A stretch of 64,000 bases of DNA from an uncultured Bacilli bacterium. GTDB taxonomy: Bacteria > Bacillota_I > Bacilli_A > RF39 > UBA660. The notes beneath the pieces are model-generated. The model was not told where the DNA came from. It saw only the letters and a list, made by a program, of their open reading frames with translations, and did not search any database. Positions 59,096-64,000 of the stretch are shown here, piece by piece. The DNA is taken from assembly GCA_934101275.1 (NCBI GenBank), contig CAKOQM010000001.1, positions 5,371 to 69,370 of the forward strand, read 5' to 3'. How positions within the stretch are numbered: position 1 is the first letter of the stretch; each line of letters begins with the position of its first letter. Both the position numbers and the translations under genes were made by a program.

Positions 59096-59848
59096 ATGTC
59101 AGTATTTCGAGTAGAAAAAAACAAAAATTATACTGTAATGAGTAATTATCATTTACAAGATAGAGATTTATCCTTAAAAGCAAAAGGTTTGCTCTCATTT
59201 ATGTTAAGCTTACCAGATGATTGGGATTACTCTTTAAATGGACTAGTATCCATATGTAAAGAAAAACACTCATCAATCAGAACCACATTACAAGAACTAG
59301 AAACAAAAAAATATTTAGAAAGAATACAAAATCGGAACGAAAAAGGTTTATTTGAATATGATTACATAATTTATGAAAAGCCTTATCAAAATGAACCGTA
59401 TATAGATTTTCCACATACGGATGAACCGCATACGGAAAATTACACACAAATAAATACTAATAGAAAAAATATTAATAAAAAAGATAAATTAGATATAAGT
59501 ACCGAAGGAATAATGAATTACCTAATCCAAACTAAATTTTTAGATATCACTGATATTGAAATATATCGCTATAAAGAACTTATTAAAGAATTATTATCAA
59601 AATACACAAAAAATTCACTCTATAAATCACTATGCTATGTTATAAGCAAAATGAAAGATAACAAAAACATTTCAAATAAATTTGCTTACTTTCAAAAAGC
59701 ATTAATTAATGGTTTAGCATTATCAGAAAAAAGTAATGTTCCAGATTGGTTAAATAAGAAAATTGAAAAAGAAAAATTATCCAAGTCTGAAGAATTAGAA
59801 ATGCTTGATTTATTAAGTAAATATAAAGAAACCGAGGTGGCGAAATGA
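59096..59848 (+). CDS. Replication initiator / DnaD-like protein (plasmid or phage RepA N-terminal-like)
   Basis: ATG at 59096 behind RBS AAAGGAG; winged-helix-like 'LSLKAKGLLSFMLSLPDDWDYSLNGL'. Confidence 0.5.
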   Translation: MSVFRVEKNKNYTVMSNYHLQDRDLSLKAKGLLSFMLSLPDDWDYSLNGLVSICKEKHSSIRTTLQELETKKYLERIQNRNEKGLFEYDYIIYEKPYQNEPYIDFPHTDEPHTENYTQINTNRKNINKKDKLDISTEGIMNYLIQTKFLDITDIEIYRYKELIKELLSKYTKNSLYKSLCYVISKMKDNKNISNKFAYFQKALINGLALSEKSNVPDWLNKKIEKEKLSKSEELEMLDLLSKYKETEVAK

Positions 59849-60087
59849 GAGTGTTAACGAAGGAAGGCATTATGTTAAATGATGTGGATACTATTGAACA
59901 ATTTAAAGTAATAACTTATTTAAAAAAATATCCCTTTACAAATAGTTCAAGACTATTTCTATATGATCGATATACAATAAAAGTTATAGACAGTAATAAT
60001 GACGTTGGTTATTTTAAATACGAGAAAGATGGGCAAATACGTTTATTAGAAGAAGAAAATAAAGAAATGGATTCTTTTTCATTATGA
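59845..60087 (+). CDS. Hypothetical protein
   Basis: 80 aa; overlapping stop/start with its neighbours. Confidence 0.4.
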   Translation: MRVLTKEGIMLNDVDTIEQFKVITYLKKYPFTNSSRLFLYDRYTIKVIDSNNDVGYFKYEKDGQIRLLEEENKEMDSFSL

Positions 60088-61346
60088 GTTATGCCATTTT
60101 TAGAACAGAACCTATTTATACTTTAAAAGACTTAGCTCAAATAGGTTCTCATAATAGACGTGAAAAAAAAGCCTATCAATCAAATCCAGACATTGATATA
60201 TCAAAAACTCAAAATAACATAGAAATTATTCCTTGCCTTTCAAAATATACCAAAAAGTTTTATCAAATGACAAGTGACTACAAAAAAGAACACGAAGAAA
60301 AAATGTTGACTATGAGAGAAGACCGTAAAAAGTCTTTCTCTCAAATGTTAAATAGTTCTAAAAGTGTTGTGGCTGATGAAATGATTTTTACAAGTGATAA
60401 TATCTTCTTTGAACAAATGGATGAAAATGACATAAAAAAATGGGCAAACACTTGCATGGAATTTATTTATAATGACATTGGCTATTCAAAAGAACAAATT
60501 CTTCACGCAACAGTTCATATGGATGAAAAAACACCTCATTTACATTGTGTTGTCGTTCCTCTTGTACGAAAATATGACAATAGAACAAAAACAATGAGAT
60601 ACGCAATTAGCAAGAAACAGTATATTAAAGACAAGTATCATTTAAGTGAACTTCAAGACAAATACCATAAACGTATGATTGAAAACGGTTTTGATTTACG
60701 TCGAGGTATAAAACACAGTGATAATGAACACTTAACGGTAAAAGAATTCAAAAAAATAACAAGGAAACTAGATAATAATATAACCGCTCAAAATAAAAAA
60801 TTAAAAGCCGAATATGATAAATTACAAGATAGTTTAAACTCTAGTAAAGAAACATTTAACAAAAAAGAAATTAAAATATCAAAAGAAAGTTATCAGCAAA
60901 TTAAAAATTTGGCAGAAACTACAAAACAAGTATTAGAAGAAACACCAAGAAACTTAGCTCTTTCAAATAGTATTAACGGTTATATAAATTCTTATCACCA
61001 ATTAGCAATGGAAAAAGCTGAAATTCAATACGAGGTGGATAATTTAAAAAAGAAAAATAAGGATTTAAGGCTTAAAAATAAAATTTTAACCGATTTATTA
61101 TTCAACGTTTTCCAAACTTTAAAAAAATGGTTTCATAAAATATTATGCCTAGGTAATGAACAGGATAAAAAGGAAATTGGTAAAGAAATAACTGATTATC
61201 AAACCAAAGGCTATTATAATTATAACGATATTAAAGATATTGTAAAAAATACCTCTTTAGAAAATCAATTTATAAAAGAGGAAAATTATTATGAACTCGA
61301 AAGTACATATTCAAATAAAGATAAAGATGATAGTTTTTCATTATAA
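60084..61346 (+). CDS. MobV-family (Mob_Pre) mobilization relaxase
   Basis: 420 aa; relaxase motif III 'HATVHMDEKTPHLHCVVVPL'; N-terminal 'MSYAIFRTEPI'; coiled-coil C-terminus. Confidence 0.8.
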   Translation: MSYAIFRTEPIYTLKDLAQIGSHNRREKKAYQSNPDIDISKTQNNIEIIPCLSKYTKKFYQMTSDYKKEHEEKMLTMREDRKKSFSQMLNSSKSVVADEMIFTSDNIFFEQMDENDIKKWANTCMEFIYNDIGYSKEQILHATVHMDEKTPHLHCVVVPLVRKYDNRTKTMRYAISKKQYIKDKYHLSELQDKYHKRMIENGFDLRRGIKHSDNEHLTVKEFKKITRKLDNNITAQNKKLKAEYDKLQDSLNSSKETFNKKEIKISKESYQQIKNLAETTKQVLEETPRNLALSNSINGYINSYHQLAMEKAEIQYEVDNLKKKNKDLRLKNKILTDLLFNVFQTLKKWFHKILCLGNEQDKKEIGKEITDYQTKGYYNYNDIKDIVKNTSLENQFIKEENYYELESTYSNKDKDDSFSL

Positions 61347-61370
61347 AAAGGTAAAGTTAACTCACTAACT

Positions 61371-61613
61371 TTACCTTTTATCTTTTTCAATTGTAACTTT
61401 ATAGCCATATTTCTTGGCAACTTTCATAAATGTTTTGAATGAATAATTTCTAACACCACGTTCATAGCCTTGTATTGTCATACCACTAAGACCTATGCTC
61501 TTTCCAAACTCATCTTGTTTCAAATTAGTCCACTCTCTTAAAATTTTCATGATGTCTTTTTCACTATAGTCATTGGCAATAAGTTTCATACAAATTAGTC
61601 CTTTCGTTGACAA
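61371..61613 (-). CDS. XRE-family HTH protein
   Basis: 80 aa; 'REWTNLKQDEFGKSIGLSGMTIQGYERG'. Confidence 0.55.
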   Translation of the reverse strand: MSTKGLICMKLIANDYSEKDIMKILREWTNLKQDEFGKSIGLSGMTIQGYERGVRNYSFKTFMKVAKKYGYKVTIEKDKR

Positions 61614-61681
61614 GCATACAGTATGACGGTATAATTTTATCGTATTCCATACGAGTAGTATGGATAAGAAAGGGATAAAAT

Positions 61682-62032
61682 ATGTACAAAAATGACATTA
61701 GTGAACTATACATGGAAGATATACAAGGTGTCAGAGAAAAAGCTTGGGAAATGTACATATCGGAAGAGAAAAAATACTTGTTAAACGTTCGCCCGCAAGA
61801 AACAGCTTATCGGCTCATGTTATGGTTAAAGTATTATCGTGCAGAAAAGATTGATTTTAACATTATGATATCTAGTTTAATGGAAGACTTTCCTTACGAA
61901 TTATCTAAACTTGAATTAACTAGTTATATTAAGCAAGTTGTGCTTTATTTAGAAAAAAATCATAAGATTAAAGTTATCAGTCAAAAGCCTATGATACTAG
62001 AAACTGATATTCCTTTTACTCAGTTGGTATGA
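61682..62032 (+). CDS. Hypothetical protein
   Basis: 116 aa; overlaps the next gene (ATGA). Confidence 0.4.
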   Translation: MYKNDISELYMEDIQGVREKAWEMYISEEKKYLLNVRPQETAYRLMLWLKYYRAEKIDFNIMISSLMEDFPYELSKLELTSYIKQVVLYLEKNHKIKVISQKPMILETDIPFTQLV

Positions 62033-62286
62033 CTAAAGATGAATGTATTACAAATGCAATCGCAACAAGAATTCTAAAGCTCTGTGAAGAAAAACAAGTT
62101 TCTATCAATCAATTGGCTCAAAAAAGCATTTTAACACAAAGTACGATTCAAAACATTGTAACCAGAAAATCAAAAAATCCCAAATTAAGAACCATTATTT
62201 TAATTTGCTATGGTTTTAATATTTCCTTATATGATTTTTTTGATGACGATATCTTCCATGATTTAGACAAGAGAATTATTGTCTAA
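62029..62286 (+). CDS. XRE-family HTH protein
   Basis: 85 aa; 'VSINQLAQKSILTQSTIQNIVTRKSKNPKLRTI'. Confidence 0.55.
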   Translation: MTKDECITNAIATRILKLCEEKQVSINQLAQKSILTQSTIQNIVTRKSKNPKLRTIILICYGFNISLYDFFDDDIFHDLDKRIIV

Positions 62287-62504
62287 ATTCACTAAAATGA
62301 CATTTTAGTAACACACTACGATATCGGCAGAGCCAATATCGGTGTGCCAAAGGATATTCCTTTGGATACCTAATTGTTTTCCTTTAAAAATTTAAAGAAA
62401 AACAAATACCCCGTCACATAAATGTAACGGGGATTATATTACACTAAATTTACTATCGCTACTTTCATTTGCTAACGCAAACAAAACGTGCCACGTAAAT
62501 TTTT

Positions 62505-63077
62505 TTAAAGGTATTTTCTTTTATCTTGAGGAATAAACACAAGCCCATCAATTTTAGGGTATATTGATTTATCTAATTTTTCTAAATTAGGTTTACTCAA
62601 TCTAGATACCTCTTTTAATTTAGTAGCAATTTCTTGCATAGTAATAGGTTCTTTGTAGCATTCGGGATGTTCTATTCTATCAATTATATCAGTATAAATA
62701 CTCTTACATTCTAAAGTATTATTACGACGCATACTTATATTATCTAACACGTCAAAATAAAAGCGATTATACTCATCTAAAGCATTTTGATAGTCTTTAA
62801 CAGAACGTCTATCGCCAGTATTAATGCCCCAATTGATTGCAGTATCGTCATATCCAGCACGTTTCATTAGACCAGCCAAACTTAAATTTAAAGCTTCAGC
62901 AATTGCTTTTAAAATTAATACATTTGGTTTTTGACGTTTTCCAGCTTCTAATCTTGATATTTCAGCATTATTTATATTAGCAAGTTTTGCCAATTCTCGT
63001 TGAGACAATCCTAAATTCTCACGAGTTTTTTTTATATATTCGCCTAAATCATTAGTATTTTTCATAGTAATAATCAC
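62505..63077 (-). CDS. XRE-family repressor with C-terminal domain
   Basis: 190 aa; 'LGLSQRELAKLANINNAEISRLEAGKRQKP'. Confidence 0.65.
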   Translation of the reverse strand: MIITMKNTNDLGEYIKKTRENLGLSQRELAKLANINNAEISRLEAGKRQKPNVLILKAIAEALNLSLAGLMKRAGYDDTAINWGINTGDRRSVKDYQNALDEYNRFYFDVLDNISMRRNNTLECKSIYTDIIDRIEHPECYKEPITMQEIATKLKEVSRLSKPNLEKLDKSIYPKIDGLVFIPQDKRKYL

Positions 63078-63374
63078 ATCCTTTTCGGCTTAGATATCCC
63101 AAGTGTAACACATTATGTTACAAAAAGCAACAAAAATGTATATTACTATGTTGACAGTTGTAACATATAGTGATATATTATTATCGACAATTTAATTATT
63201 GTCATTGTTCTTTGAAAATTTATTCGAGTTGGAAATCGCCGATATCTGCCAGCTCGTAAAAAAGTACAAGGCACAAAGGCTAACCCTATTGGTACGGGAG
63301 TTGTAGGTAAACTAAAACCTACCTTGCGATAAACGTTAACAAAATTAGAAAACAGCCAGAAAGGAGATGAAAGA

Positions 63375-63641
63375 TTGTCCTATTACGAAACATATAACAT
63401 TTTAAACAAAGTGTGGCTTACCTCTAAAGATATTCAAAAGCTTGTAAACTGCGGTAAAGATACTGCTAGAAAAATACGTGATAAAGTTGCCGAAAAAACA
63501 TTGGCAAAAGGTTACGCATTACCACTATGTAAAAATAAAGTGGTAAGCACTAAAGAAGTGATTGAATATCTTGGCTTAGATATTAAATACATAATTGAAA
63601 TGGCCACTTTAGAGCAAAATAATAAAATAGGATTAAAATAA
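63375..63641 (+). CDS. Excisionase-like small DNA-binding protein (putative)
   Basis: 88 aa immediately upstream of the integrase; TTG start behind RBS AGGAG. Confidence 0.4.
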   Translation: MSYYETYNILNKVWLTSKDIQKLVNCGKDTARKIRDKVAEKTLAKGYALPLCKNKVVSTKEVIEYLGLDIKYIIEMATLEQNNKIGLK

Positions 63642-63642
63642 T

Positions 63643-64000
63643 ATGGCAATTTATAAAAATAGCAAAAATAATACCTTTTATTTCCGTGTTTATCTAACGC
63701 AATCAGATGGAACAAAAGTACAGAAGCAGAAAAACGGTTTTAAAACCAAGCGTGAAGCAAGTAATGCAGAGGTACAGATGATTTTAGAAAACGAAAGATA
63801 TTTACAGAATAAAAAGGAACAAGAAGAACACACAATGATAATTTCTTTTACCGAATTGGTAGAAAATTATAAAAAGTACATGAAAGTAAAGCAAAAACGT
63901 AACTCATATCGCTGTATAACAAATAGAATTGAAACACATTTATTACCTTATTTCAAATCATTTAATGATATTTCTAAAATATCAGCTCAAGATTATATTG
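63643..64000 (+). CDS. int: Tyrosine integrase, N-terminal part (truncated by the window edge)
   Basis: 'MAIYKNSKNNTFYFRVYLTQSDGTKVQKQKNGFKTKREA' arm-binding N-terminus, then SAM-like core-binding 'FTELVENYKKYMKVKQKRNSYRCITNRIETHLLPYF'. Confidence 0.7.
   Translation, partial: MAIYKNSKNNTFYFRVYLTQSDGTKVQKQKNGFKTKREASNAEVQMILENERYLQNKKEQEEHTMIISFTELVENYKKYMKVKQKRNSYRCITNRIETHLLPYFKSFNDISKISAQDYI

Larger units (their letters stand above)
58950..64000 (+). mobile_element. Integrative mobilizable element (partial; continues beyond the window)
   Basis: RepA/DnaD-like initiator, MobV (Mob_Pre) relaxase, three XRE HTH regulators, Xis-like small protein and a tyrosine integrase running off the right edge; the left boundary was not mapped (no direct repeat is visible because the right end is off-window). 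Confidence 0.65.

Noticed and set aside
1-64000. CRISPR arrays, rRNA and tRNA genes
   Set aside because: No regularly spaced direct repeats, no rRNA-like conserved blocks and no cloverleaf-like tRNA candidates were seen, including in the IME-adjacent region 58750-59090 where a tRNA integration target was looked for.

Overview
Low-GC (roughly 28-30% GC) chromosomal segment of a Firmicute using the standard genetic code. A spoVAC-spoVAD-spoVAEb operon, a SpoIVB-like S55 peptidase and a SpoIIM-like membrane protein suggest an endospore-former. Most of the window is housekeeping: rnr, a MarR regulator with two ABC exporter genes, rpmB (not in the ORF track), lepB, rbgA, rnhB, an LtaS-like protein, topA, pflB/pflA, obg, htpG, mutS, nusB, xseA/xseB, an archaeal-type proS, mnmA, rarA, holA, lexA, xfp and mscL. 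Three accessory regions stand out. (1) A ~7.9 kb filamentous-phage (inovirus-like) prophage at about 36.5-44.4 kb. It has an HUH Rep, a Zot-like assembly ATPase, a pVIII-like coat protein, a hairpin-rich intergenic origin and an XRE repressor. It is flanked by direct repeats of a dif-like (XerCD-type) core, and a xerD-like gene lies 2 kb away. (2) A paralogous family of secreted or surface proteins (13898, 20860, and a decayed copy at 50485-51679). Two members are preceded by a conserved ~80 bp promoter cassette with a long G-homopolymer (G10 and G4AG7) in an over-long -35/-10 spacer. The decayed copy is also broken at an A6 tract. This looks like slipped-strand phase variation. (3) An integrative mobilizable element at the right edge (RepA-like, MobV relaxase, XRE regulators, a Xis-like protein and a tyrosine integrase that runs off the window). 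A HipA-like kinase gene is translationally coupled inside the nusB-xseA-xseB operon, and a kinase-like gene has a truncated duplicate next to it. No rRNA, tRNA or CRISPR array was found.
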